A stretch of 64,000 bases of DNA from Marispirochaeta sp. (GCA_963676835.2 CAXXFF010000003.1:895746-959745); one strand, 5' to 3'; counted from the first letter of the stretch, positions 50,076-62,246 are shown. The notes: generated by a model from the letters alone, not told the origin. Translations and numbers: made by a program.

Positions 50076-52157
50076 CTAAATAAAAATGGTAAAAACACTT
50101 CCCTCTCCAGGTTGTGATTCCACTCCAATAGTTCCCTTGTGTTCAAGAATTATCCGCTGAACGATGGCAAGCCCCAGCCCGGTACCGGACTCTTTTTCAG
50201 TATAAAACGGGTTAAAAATACTCTGAACACTCTGATCGTCCATCCCGCAGCCGGTATCAGCAATTTTCAGCTGCAGCATATCCTTTTCCACCGAAGCAGA
50301 AGCTGTAACCTGTCCGCTGCCCCGGCAGGCTTCGATAGCATTCTGAACCAGATTCCGCACAACCTGTTCCATCATCTCCTTATCAAGGTTGAACCGCGGA
50401 AGATCTTCAGGGATTTCAATCTGAAAATCAATTCCTCTAAAACTGTCTCCCGGAATCAGAGACACCGCATTTCTGACAATTGATTCAACAGAACATACGG
50501 ACCGGATAATATGCAGCGGCCGGGCAAAATCCAGAAAGTTGTGGATAATGTAGTTAAGACTGTCTATTTCAGATACCAGCATTTCTGTGAGTTCACTGTA
50601 CTGGGTCTGATCTGCCTGTATCTTTTCTACAAAATTATCCCGCAGGAGTTCTGCAGACACCTTCATAATCGCCAGGGGATTTCTCAGCTGATGAGAAACA
50701 CCGGCAACCATCTCTCCAATCGCAGCAAGACGTTGTGAGACCTGAAGTTGTTCCTCCAGGGTACGGATTTTGGTAACATCCGCCATTACCGCAATAATGC
50801 CTAACTCAGCACCCTTCCCGTCAAAAAATGGAGAAGTAGACAATGTAAGAATAACATTCTGGCCTTCATGCATCAGGCGGCACTCTTTAAGGGTTACAAA
50901 CTCACCGCTTTTAAGTCCAATATTAATCTGGTCCTTTATATCCGAAGGGACTCCCGCCTTCTCCAGTTCCAGGGGCAGCAGATCAAGGGTATCAAGATGA
51001 ATCATCCCTCGTGCAGCGGCATTACAGCTGTTAATGTATCCATCCAGACCAACGGTAATAATACCTGATTTAACGTTATTCAGAATAAGCTGATTGAAAT
51101 TGACCATGGCCTTGAGTTCCCGGTCCCTGGTTTCGAGATTACTTCTCATGGTATTTACCGATTCAACCAGATCGCCGAATTCGTCTCCCGAGGTCTGCTG
51201 TATTGGATAGGAAAAATCACCGTTGCCAATCCTGGCAACCCCCTCCTGCAGTGCCATATAGGGACGTAAAAATGACTGACGATAAAAGAGAATACTGAGA
51301 ACAAGGGCAATAATGAGCACAATCAAGGTCAACAGAAACGCATTGCTGTTGTAACTGTGCATAGTCCGTTTTGATTCCCGCATATCCAGGATAGACACCA
51401 GTCTTCCGCTTATGGTTCCCAGAGACTCAAGACTTATGGAACCGATAAAGTAGTCTCCTACCGTATCGATATCCCCGGGCCGCATTGATGCTGCAGCGGC
51501 AATGACGGTCTGCAGCAGCTCTGCAGACACTTCCGCGGTTGTTATTTCACGTTCGGGAAACTGAATGAGCGCAGTTGAGCTGGTAATCTTTTCGAGCCTC
51601 TGAATAAACTCCTCATCAATAGCAATCCGGGCAACAGCCATACCTATTACAAGGTCGTTCCTGACAATCTGCCCCAGACTGTAAAGGTACATGCCTGTTC
51701 CATCATCATGCATAAAACTCTGCCTGCCCTGACGATACCCCCGGGTAACTATGGTTGTCAGAATATCATCCGATAAATGTCTTTCCGGGCTGTCGGCCGC
51801 CAGCATGCGTCCACCGTCAATAACTATAAAAATACCGTTCATATCAAGGGCGGTATTAAACAGGGACAACTCTCTGGAGAGCAGATTCCGAAGCCGGTAC
51901 TCACTGTACTCAATAATGTTCTTCTGCCCGGACAACAGCCCCACCTTGTTATCAAGATCGTAAACAACCTGGGAGAGGTAATTTTCAACTCCCTCCATGT
52001 TGACATACATTCGGTTACGAAAAGACTCCTCATTGCTGCGGGAGATAAGACTGTAAGTAACAACCTGGGTAAGAATCCCCTGAAAAAGAACAATAGCAAT
52101 AAAAGAGAGGGCAACCTTGGTACTTATTTTAAACTTTGTGTGGTGACTGTTCTTCAT
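50076..52157 (-). CDS. Sensor histidine kinase (TM, HAMP, PAS)
   Basis: VSHQLRNPL, NLVQNA, DTGCG, GTGLGL. Confidence 0.92.
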   Translation of the reverse strand: MKNSHHTKFKISTKVALSFIAIVLFQGILTQVVTYSLISRSNEESFRNRMYVNMEGVENYLSQVVYDLDNKVGLLSGQKNIIEYSEYRLRNLLSRELSLFNTALDMNGIFIVIDGGRMLAADSPERHLSDDILTTIVTRGYRQGRQSFMHDDGTGMYLYSLGQIVRNDLVIGMAVARIAIDEEFIQRLEKITSSTALIQFPEREITTAEVSAELLQTVIAAAASMRPGDIDTVGDYFIGSISLESLGTISGRLVSILDMRESKRTMHSYNSNAFLLTLIVLIIALVLSILFYRQSFLRPYMALQEGVARIGNGDFSYPIQQTSGDEFGDLVESVNTMRSNLETRDRELKAMVNFNQLILNNVKSGIITVGLDGYINSCNAAARGMIHLDTLDLLPLELEKAGVPSDIKDQINIGLKSGEFVTLKECRLMHEGQNVILTLSTSPFFDGKGAELGIIAVMADVTKIRTLEEQLQVSQRLAAIGEMVAGVSHQLRNPLAIMKVSAELLRDNFVEKIQADQTQYSELTEMLVSEIDSLNYIIHNFLDFARPLHIIRSVCSVESIVRNAVSLIPGDSFRGIDFQIEIPEDLPRFNLDKEMMEQVVRNLVQNAIEACRGSGQVTASASVEKDMLQLKIADTGCGMDDQSVQSIFNPFYTEKESGTGLGLAIVQRIILEHKGTIGVESQPGEGSVFTIFI

Positions 52158-53386
52158 AGATCAAGCCCGTCAATTTTATTCTGCATACCTGTCAGTGCCT
52201 CGGACACAGAAAGATCCCCCGTAAGAACTCCGTACACCCCGTCCTGAAGAATCGACGATATCTCCTGATAGCGCGGATGCAGAGGCCTTCCCTTTGCACC
52301 CCTCACCTGCTCGCGTTTTACCGCAAAGAAGGGATCATCCCGCACAATATTCTGCTCCTCCCAAATCTCCTGCCAGACCGGAAACTCATCCATATATCTT
52401 CTCTGAAACGCGGGGGACGAAAGAAACTGTATAAAGTCCCATGCCGTCTCCTTCTGCTCCGATGCGCTTAACACTGCCAGTCCCTGAAACCCCGAAATAG
52501 TCGAAGACTTCCTGCTGTAGCTGCCAGAATAGGGAAGTACGCTTACGGTGAAACGGAATTCAGGCGCACCAGAATCGGAAATATCTTTATCCATCAGACG
52601 ACCGGTAAGAAAAGTCCAGTTGGTGGTAAAAAGCGCATCTCCCCAGGTAAACACATCTGCGGCAAAGAGTTCTCCGGAATTCAGACTGTAGGGGTTAAGC
52701 AGCTTCTCCTGCTTTAAACCGGACAAAAATTCAAGAGCCCTTCTGTTTTCCGGATTATTAATCAAAAGAGAGTTCGAGGGGTTCCATTTGTTGCCAAACG
52801 CAGCAGATAACCAGACAAACTCACAGACAAGGACCTCTTCTTTACGCAGAGAATCAAAGAACGGATATTCGATAACCCCCTTTTTACGGGCAGTCTCGGC
52901 CATGAAAAACATCTCTTCCAGTGTTACCGGAGGCCGGTCAAATCCGGCCTTCTGAAGCAGATCCATATTGGTGTAGAGAAGCTGAAAATTAGCAAGAAAA
53001 GGAATCCCCCACATTTTCTGCTTATAAACATTGGCGGAATAAATTTCAGGAATAATTTTATCCTCGATACGGGCCCGAACTTTCGGCGGAACAGGTTCAA
53101 GCAGATTCCGGTCGGCAAAATCAGCAGTCCAGATATTATCCAGAAGCACTATATCAATCTCTCCGGAACGGCCTGCATCACCGGTTACCAGCTCATAGAT
53201 GTCTTCATATTCCTCAAAGCGGAAACTTACGGCATTGCCGGTCTGAGCGGTATACTCCCTGCCCCGCAGTTCCACATCCCTTGGGTCATATCCGGCCTGG
53301 GCCATATAGACAACTTTTAACGGCTGGGAGAATAGAGAAAAGCATATGAATGGAAGTATTAACAGGAAACGATAGCGCCTGATCAT
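52154..53386 (-). CDS. Extracellular solute-binding protein (family 1), overlapping the kinase start
   Basis: Signal peptide; DIVLLDNIW, GIPFLAN, LYTNMDLL.KAG. Confidence 0.88.
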   Translation of the reverse strand: MIRRYRFLLILPFICFSLFSQPLKVVYMAQAGYDPRDVELRGREYTAQTGNAVSFRFEEYEDIYELVTGDAGRSGEIDIVLLDNIWTADFADRNLLEPVPPKVRARIEDKIIPEIYSANVYKQKMWGIPFLANFQLLYTNMDLLQKAGFDRPPVTLEEMFFMAETARKKGVIEYPFFDSLRKEEVLVCEFVWLSAAFGNKWNPSNSLLINNPENRRALEFLSGLKQEKLLNPYSLNSGELFAADVFTWGDALFTTNWTFLTGRLMDKDISDSGAPEFRFTVSVLPYSGSYSRKSSTISGFQGLAVLSASEQKETAWDFIQFLSSPAFQRRYMDEFPVWQEIWEEQNIVRDDPFFAVKREQVRGAKGRPLHPRYQEISSILQDGVYGVLTGDLSVSEALTGMQNKIDGLDL

Positions 53387-53430
53387 CCTTAAAGGCTACA
53401 ATGGCTTACGTGAGAACACAAGAAAGATTT

Positions 53431-55488
53431 TCACCGGCCCGTACCATCCAGATCACCTGGCAGAAATATTCTAAATCCCGGTCCGCCGGATTCTTTGTCT
53501 ACAAAATCAATTCTTCCCTGCAGCCCCAAACGTATAATATTATAGATAATGTAAAGCTCCATTCCACTGGTATCATTCTGAAAGGATGCAGTTGCATAGG
53601 GTTCAAATATGCGTTCAAAATCACCCTCTATATTGGTAAGCCCCTTATCCCGGTAAAGAATAGCAACACCTTCGTCATGCCTCCGTACATCAATCTCAAT
53701 CAACAAGGTCCTTTCTTCCGGTACAAAATCATTTCCGGTATTTTTAATAGAGACCCCGGGTAACTCTCTTTCCGGCAAAAGAAGACTGAACGAAAAAAGC
53801 CGGAAAAATAGATCCTTTATTAACAGCGGATAAGACGAAACAGACAACTCTTCCGGGTTAGAAACCTGTACGGCAAGCTGCGCGGCAGAACTATAGGCTT
53901 CACGGATCTCTTTCAGTCCGGATAGAACAGGTTGGGAAACATCGACAACCTTACCCTCAGAGCCTTCAAAATCCCGGGCTATTTCCTGCAGGCTTGCGAT
54001 AACCTCACTTGAAATCCTGATGGATGCGCCAGCCATATTTGATGCTTCAACAAATCGTTCGAAAAGGTTATTTTTTGACCTGTCCAGAATAACACTGCCG
54101 TCTGTCTGCTCTAAAAGGTTAACAAGTACAGAAACAGCCATTCCGGCATTCCCCAGGGGAGTATTAAGCCGGTGGGCAATTTCCATAAGAAACCGGTTAA
54201 TGGCCTCGAATTTTTTGGTAGTAACCAGATCAGCCTGTGTTTTTTTAAGATCCTCCAACGATGCATCCAGTTCCCGGGTACGTTCAACAACAAGCTGTTC
54301 CAGACCGGAGCTGTAGTTATTCAGATCGAGGAAAGACTGCTTTAAATCTCTGCGCAGAACTTCCACAGAGCGGGACAGAATACCGATCTCCCCCTGATCA
54401 GTTAAAAACTCAGCAGGAATCGGCGTTTCATAATCACCTTTACCAGTCTCATCAATAGCGCGGGATACAATAGAAAGACTTTGCGTAAGATAACGGGTCA
54501 CACCAAAGATAAGCAGAGAAGAGACAATTACCCCTAACAGAATCACCAAAACTGCAAATCTCAAACGGGCATATAAATCCCGGAAAACATCCGCCTCATC
54601 CACGGTCACCATCATTACCCAGTTATTTGTCAGCCGGGAAAAAGCGGTAATTTTAAGCTGCCCCTGCCTCCCCCGGTACCTGAGAATACCATCCGGCTGC
54701 TCATAGGTTTTATCCACCACCTGTTTATAATCCCCGGAGCCAAGTTCAGAAATTCCGGTCAAGGCAGGAAATTCGGGATGAATCAGTATCTGAAATGCAT
54801 CATTCAGAAGCACCCCATACCCGGACTCGAAGGCGGACAGGTGCTTAAAACGTTCACGAAAATCATTAAACAGATAATCATGTCCGGTAACCCCTATAAA
54901 CGTATTATCAACAAAAATGGGAATGGAATAAGAAATCCAGGAAATATCCTGCCCGGTAAAAATGGTGGTTAGATAGGGATTCGTCCATAATGGTTTTCCG
55001 GTATCCATAGGCTTGAAAAACCAGTCTTTGTTTTCCCGATCACTATAATAATCCAGCCCCTGTTCCGGTTGCCGTTCAGGAATACCATCGCCATCCATAT
55101 CTACAAACCAGACATCATGACCTTCATTTTTCAGAAAAGGGTTAAAATAAATCCAGGCGTTATGTTCTGCTTCGGCTATTTTATAAAGATACGGGGCAAT
55201 TTCTTCTTTGTATTTCCACAGATAATCGTTTTCGTTTACAAGCCTTGTCCCGTCAAAGGTTACGCTCACATAACGGGCAACCTCTTCAGCCAGGGTCTTC
55301 TGCTTTATAAGTTCAATGTTCAGCAAATTCGCCTGACTTCGTACCATGCTGGTCAGCTTCTCTTCTGCTTCCTTTCGGATAAGACTGTAACTGTAGTATA
55401 GATCAGACACCGCCAGGAGAAGAGAAAATACAATAAACGTAAGTATCACATAAAAAGAGATCCTGTTTCCCAGCGTTTTACGACTCAT
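53431..55488 (-). CDS. Cache/HAMP histidine-kinase-like protein with degenerate ATPase domain
   Basis: dCache (WTNPY, SYSIPI), HAMP, AHRLNTPLG; N and G2 boxes are degenerate. Confidence 0.82.
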   Translation of the reverse strand: MSRKTLGNRISFYVILTFIVFSLLLAVSDLYYSYSLIRKEAEEKLTSMVRSQANLLNIELIKQKTLAEEVARYVSVTFDGTRLVNENDYLWKYKEEIAPYLYKIAEAEHNAWIYFNPFLKNEGHDVWFVDMDGDGIPERQPEQGLDYYSDRENKDWFFKPMDTGKPLWTNPYLTTIFTGQDISWISYSIPIFVDNTFIGVTGHDYLFNDFRERFKHLSAFESGYGVLLNDAFQILIHPEFPALTGISELGSGDYKQVVDKTYEQPDGILRYRGRQGQLKITAFSRLTNNWVMMVTVDEADVFRDLYARLRFAVLVILLGVIVSSLLIFGVTRYLTQSLSIVSRAIDETGKGDYETPIPAEFLTDQGEIGILSRSVEVLRRDLKQSFLDLNNYSSGLEQLVVERTRELDASLEDLKKTQADLVTTKKFEAINRFLMEIAHRLNTPLGNAGMAVSVLVNLLEQTDGSVILDRSKNNLFERFVEASNMAGASIRISSEVIASLQEIARDFEGSEGKVVDVSQPVLSGLKEIREAYSSAAQLAVQVSNPEELSVSSYPLLIKDLFFRLFSFSLLLPERELPGVSIKNTGNDFVPEERTLLIEIDVRRHDEGVAILYRDKGLTNIEGDFERIFEPYATASFQNDTSGMELYIIYNIIRLGLQGRIDFVDKESGGPGFRIFLPGDLDGTGR

Positions 55489-55608
55489 TCAAGCAACAGT
55501 ACTTACCGCCCCCATTACAATTGTAGTAATGCAGAAGGCCAAATCAACAATTCCGGGCCGTTAAAATAATTAAAAAAGAAACATTATCAAGTCATGGAAT
55601 ATTATTCC

Positions 55609-55772
55609 GGGCGTCACCCGACCACCAAATCTTCGATTTAGTGGTCGGGTCGGGCCTTGCGGGGCTCCGGCCCCTGCACCTAAATCCTTACTGAAGATTC
55701 TCCGTATTTAAAATAGCTGATAAAGGATTTAGGTGCAGAGTCTGCCTTCGGCACCCCTCCAGTCCCTGACGC
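55609..55772 (+). ncRNA. Structured intergenic element, Flavo-1-like candidate
   Basis: GCGTCA/TGACGC closing helix, ACCCGACCAC/GTGGTCGGGT hairpin, GGGTCGGGC core, 16-bp CTGCACCTAAATCCTT/AAGGATTTAGGTGCAG hairpin, 3' TCCCTGACGC. Family assignment is from recollection of the motif, not a search; strand uncertain. Confidence 0.5.
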
Positions 55773-55935
55773 AGTATAAACTGATCTATTTTTCTACGCG
55801 AATTGTCAGAAGAATACAAATTTCTGAAAACATGCGTAAAAAGTCATTAAATAGAATGGGGGAATGAATTGATTTCAAATATGCTGCGGGATTTTTGCGT
55901 AAGGATGCAACGTTCTTTTTAATTGAGCACAAACA

Positions 55936-56150
55936 ACACAGGCTTCGCCCGGTGGAACCCTTCGGCTTCCTTGGGCCCGCGCATTTGGCTGCGCCAAGCC
56001 GCGCTGATCTGCGACATCTCCTGGCTTTTTTTGCCTGAAGGTACGCTGCCATTTGAGGGAATAGCTTTCCTTACGCAGGCTCCGGACTGCGGAACCCTTC
56101 GGCTTCCTTGTCTTCGCGCGTTTGGCTGCGCCAAGCCGCGCTGATCTGCG
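55936..56150. repeat. Two ~78-nt structured direct repeats (137-bp period)
   Basis: 55936-56013 and 56073-56150 share GGAACCCTTCGGCTTCCTTG and TTTGGCTGCGCCAAGCCGCGCTGATCTGCG. Confidence 0.88.
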
Positions 56151-56185
56151 GTAACCGTCAATTAAACCTCACCCAGAGAAAAAAA

Positions 56186-57715
56186 TCAGAGGGAAATATT
56201 CCATGGCAGCAATTTTTCCCAGTTATCAGATTCATTCATGAGTGGAGCTTCCTCAAAAACGCGTCTCAGGTAGTCGTTCGGGTTCACATTATTTTGTTTG
56301 GCTGTCTCAATCAGTGAATACATGGCACAGGAACTTTCAGCCCCCTTTGGACTACCGGAAAATAACCAGTTCTTTCGGCCCAGCACAAATGGCCGGATGG
56401 CCTGCTCCGCGCTATTGTTGTCCGGCGTCAGATAAGGCGAATCAAGGTAGTGTACCAGTTTCTCCCATTCGTTCAAGGTGTACTGAATTGCTTTCCCAAG
56501 CAATAACGAAGGAGGAACCTGCTGACTGCGTTTTTCAAGCCAGGTTCTAAACTTCTGCAAAACCGGTTCCGCCTGAGATTTGCGCTGGTCAACAAACTGG
56601 TCTTCGGGCAATTCCATACTGCGAAGACGCTCTTCAATCCCATACAGTTTCCTGATGGCATTCAATGCTTCCTGTGCACTTGCTGCTTTCTTCGAAGCTT
56701 TTGCAGCTTCATGAAACTTTCGCCGGACATGGGCCATGCAGCCGACATGGACTATCTGTTCATTCCCCACCAGGGCTGTACGATACGCATCATAGCCGTC
56801 GGTCTGTAAAAAGCCGCTGAATCCATCGAGAAGTTCTTTAATATGTCGGGACCCCCGGGTTTCCCGGTATGAGTAAAGCAATCCCGGGTTTTCCGGAGGG
56901 CCGCCGCGGGCAAGCCACATATAGGATTTCGCCGTGTCTGGGCGTTCCGGTTCTCCGTGTACCTGGACCGGGGTTTCATCCATGTTGATGACCGGCCCTG
57001 ACCGGATATGCATTTTCAGAGTCTCAATTAAAGGTTCAATCTTTTCATACGTCATCTGCTGCCAGTTGCTCATGTTCTGACGGCTTATGTGGATGCCGAT
57101 CCGCTCAAATCGTTTCTCCTGCCGGTAATAGGGCAGATGATCTACAAATTTATTCACTATGATGAAGGAGAGCAATCCAGGCGTTACAATGCTTTTAGGG
57201 ATGATACTTGCAGGGGGGGCAGCAACCCTTACTGCCGGCTTCTCTTCATCCCCGGAGCCTTCACAGTTTTTACAGGCATACTTGGGGCGGATAATCCGTT
57301 CCACCCACATCTTCGGGGGGATTACCTGTAAGCGCTCGCTGGTCTCTTCGCCGATACGAACCAGCGCATGGCCGCAGGCACACTGTTTTTCTTCTTCGGG
57401 AATATCAATGATGATCTCATCCCGGGGAAGGCTTTCATCAATTGGTTTTCTGCCGGATTTCTTGCGGGGATGGGACTGAACTGGTACGGAAGTCTCTGAT
57501 GCATCGTTCTCCGAAGTACCATTCTCTTCAAGCCCGAACAACAGCGGTTGATACTCATCCTGTTGTTCTTTTTCACTTTTACGGCCAAATTTCTGAAGAA
57601 GAAGCAACTTGTACTGCTCCTCCAAGGCACCGTAGCGATGTTCCCAGGAACTGTTTGCTGTCTCAAGAGAGTGAATGTAGTCTTGTACTTCCTTCGGAAG
57701 GGCTGCAACATCCAT
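56186..57715 (-). CDS. tnpC: IS66 transposase
   Basis: FGRKSEK, zinc finger, HLPYYRQ, MDETP, LQTDGY, CMAHVRRKF, DNNSAEQAIRP, GRKNWLF. Confidence 0.96.
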   Translation of the reverse strand: MDVAALPKEVQDYIHSLETANSSWEHRYGALEEQYKLLLLQKFGRKSEKEQQDEYQPLLFGLEENGTSENDASETSVPVQSHPRKKSGRKPIDESLPRDEIIIDIPEEEKQCACGHALVRIGEETSERLQVIPPKMWVERIIRPKYACKNCEGSGDEEKPAVRVAAPPASIIPKSIVTPGLLSFIIVNKFVDHLPYYRQEKRFERIGIHISRQNMSNWQQMTYEKIEPLIETLKMHIRSGPVINMDETPVQVHGEPERPDTAKSYMWLARGGPPENPGLLYSYRETRGSRHIKELLDGFSGFLQTDGYDAYRTALVGNEQIVHVGCMAHVRRKFHEAAKASKKAASAQEALNAIRKLYGIEERLRSMELPEDQFVDQRKSQAEPVLQKFRTWLEKRSQQVPPSLLLGKAIQYTLNEWEKLVHYLDSPYLTPDNNSAEQAIRPFVLGRKNWLFSGSPKGAESSCAMYSLIETAKQNNVNPNDYLRRVFEEAPLMNESDNWEKLLPWNISL

Positions 57716-57777
57716 ACTGAAAAAAATTCTAGCATACAGCTCTTTCTCTGTAAATTCCTTTACACCATTAAAATGCT

Positions 57778-58125
57778 TTAAGAAACACGGGAATATTCCA
57801 AAGTAGTATGTTCATTCCAGAAATCGATGCCTTTCAACAGCATCGATAGCTGTTCCGGGGTAATGGCAAGAGCATCTTCTTCAGTTACGGGCCAGGGGAA
57901 TTTATGCTTTTCCAGTTTCTTCTGCCACAGGCAGAAACCATTCCGGTCCCAATACAATGCCTTCATGATTCGTCGTTCGCGGTTGCAGAACAGAAACAGA
58001 TTGCCGCTTAACGGATTTTCATTCATATAGTCCTGCACCATGACAACTAAGCCGTTGATTGCTTTACGCATATCAGTGATGCCTGGCCGGATAAATATCT
58101 GTACCGCTGATAAATCTGGGGTCAT
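57778..58125 (-). CDS. tnpB: IS66 accessory protein TnpB
   Basis: TDMRKAINGL, LFLFCNR, LYWDRNGFCLWQKKLE. Confidence 0.95.
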   Translation of the reverse strand: MTPDLSAVQIFIRPGITDMRKAINGLVVMVQDYMNENPLSGNLFLFCNRERRIMKALYWDRNGFCLWQKKLEKHKFPWPVTEEDALAITPEQLSMLLKGIDFWNEHTTLEYSRVS

Positions 58126-58451
58126 TCATAAACCCTCAAGGCTGTTAATACTGCTTTAAGCTGGTCATGGTTTGCTGTTACCGGCAGAGTAATAACAATA
58201 TCGTGCAACTTTATGGTAATGGTTTCTTTTTTGGATAAATGATGAAAAGAGCTTTTTACTGGTATGAACCGGGCTGCTGCTGTTTCAGAGCCTATTCCGG
58301 TTTGTACGGCACGTTTCCTTTCGGCTTTTTTCCAGCTGTAAAACGTTGTGGGTGGTATTTCGTGCTGCCGGCAATACTCCTGCCCGCTTAACCCGCTTTT
58401 TTCCCAATTTCTAAGATGTTCACACTGCTGTTCCCGGTTATATTTGACCAT
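58122..58451 (-). CDS. tnpA: IS66 accessory protein TnpA
   Basis: WEKSGLSGQEYCRQHEI..TFYSWK HTH; FIPV. Confidence 0.9.
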   Translation of the reverse strand: MVKYNREQQCEHLRNWEKSGLSGQEYCRQHEIPPTTFYSWKKAERKRAVQTGIGSETAAARFIPVKSSFHHLSKKETITIKLHDIVITLPVTANHDQLKAVLTALRVYE

Positions 58452-58526
58452 GCGATTCCTCCATTAAGGGAGGATTGTAGGGCATTCATTGATGTCGGCA
58501 TAAGGTGGGGTTTAATTGACGGTTAC

Positions 58527-58565
58527 TTTTTTTGTCCAATGGAGAATCCATTTAGACAAAAAAAA
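58527..58565 (-). terminator. Terminator-like hairpin at the 3' end of the rRNA operon
   Basis: T7-GTCCAATGGA-GAA-TCCATTTAGAC-A8, immediately after 5S and abutting the IS66 end. Confidence 0.6.
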
Positions 58566-58675
58566 GCCAGGCGACGTCCTACTCTCCCGCTTTCGCAGTA
58601 CCATCGGCGCTGAAGGGCTTAACTTCCGTGTTCGACATGGGAACGGGTGGATCCCCTTCGCTAAGGTCACCTGGC
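58566..58675 (-). rRNA. rrf: 5S ribosomal RNA
   Basis: Reverse complement contains CCCGTTCCCATGTCGAACACGGAAGTTAAG and GATGGTACTG...GGGAGAGTAGG; terminal GCCAGG/CCTGGC helix. Confidence 0.96.
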
Positions 58676-58916
58676 AATAATTATTACCTTTAATAAGACA
58701 AGAAAGCTTTGAAACTTCCCTATCCTTCGTGCGTCTATCCTAAAAGGATAAACTATTTTGTTTTGTCTTTCGACTATAGAGCACATACTCAGTAACTGTT
58801 TAATCAGCTCTGAAAAACGGTCGGGTCCCCCGGACGTCTTTTCATTCGTCGGGCAGAGGGTAGTCGATGGAGTACTCTCAAGCGACGACCGTAAAAGGAA
58901 AAGAAGCACACAATAA

Positions 58917-61941
<3,025 letters not shown>

Positions 61942-62246
61942 TTAGTTTGTGCTCCTTCTTCTATTTATGCAGTCCTCAATGACGGTTACGTCATTGCGTC
62001 CTTTGGTCCTATTGAGCAGTCTCAGATCGGCAAAGCCGCTCTTCGCTGCGCGTAGGTCCTAAAAGAATGTAGTCGCAACCTTTATCAAGATGCTCTACAT
62101 AACTGCCCTGAAACTCCCCTTTATGTACCGCGTACTTCCCGTTTCCGCTGTACGGTATGAATCAGGTTCTCTATGTCAAAAGATCATGGCTTGCAGCTGT
62201 TTCCAGTTGCCGCCGCGCACTCTTAAATTACTTTAAGGGCGCTATT

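Larger units (their letters stand above)
56151..58526 (-). mobile_element. IS66 family insertion sequence (2376 bp)
   Basis: Terminal inverted repeats GTAACCGTCAATTAAACC(T/C)CACC at both ends; tnpA-tnpB-tnpC; flanks GATCTGCG and TTTTTTTG are not duplicated. Confidence 0.95.

Noticed and set aside
2796..55401. Numerous antisense and alternate-frame ORFs (e.g. 4249-5196, 12989-13732, 33613-34431, 38328-39140)
   Set aside because: Shadows of well-supported genes produced by codon bias; no recognisable motifs.
55936..56150. CRISPR array or integron attC array
   Set aside because: Only two units of ~78 nt, no cas or intI gene in the window, and no RYYYAAC/GTTRRRY ends.
55786..56161. Short ORFs over the structured repeats
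   Set aside because: No RBS or protein motifs; by-products of GC-rich palindromic DNA.
57778..58125. TnpB as an RNA-guided nuclease
   Set aside because: This is the 115-aa IS66 accessory TnpB, unrelated to IS200/IS605 TnpB; no RuvC motifs.
61976..61996. TGACGGTTAC in the ITS matching the IS66 terminus
   Set aside because: Only a 10-nt match, explained by the local CAATGACG/CGTCATTG hairpin; no further IS sequence.
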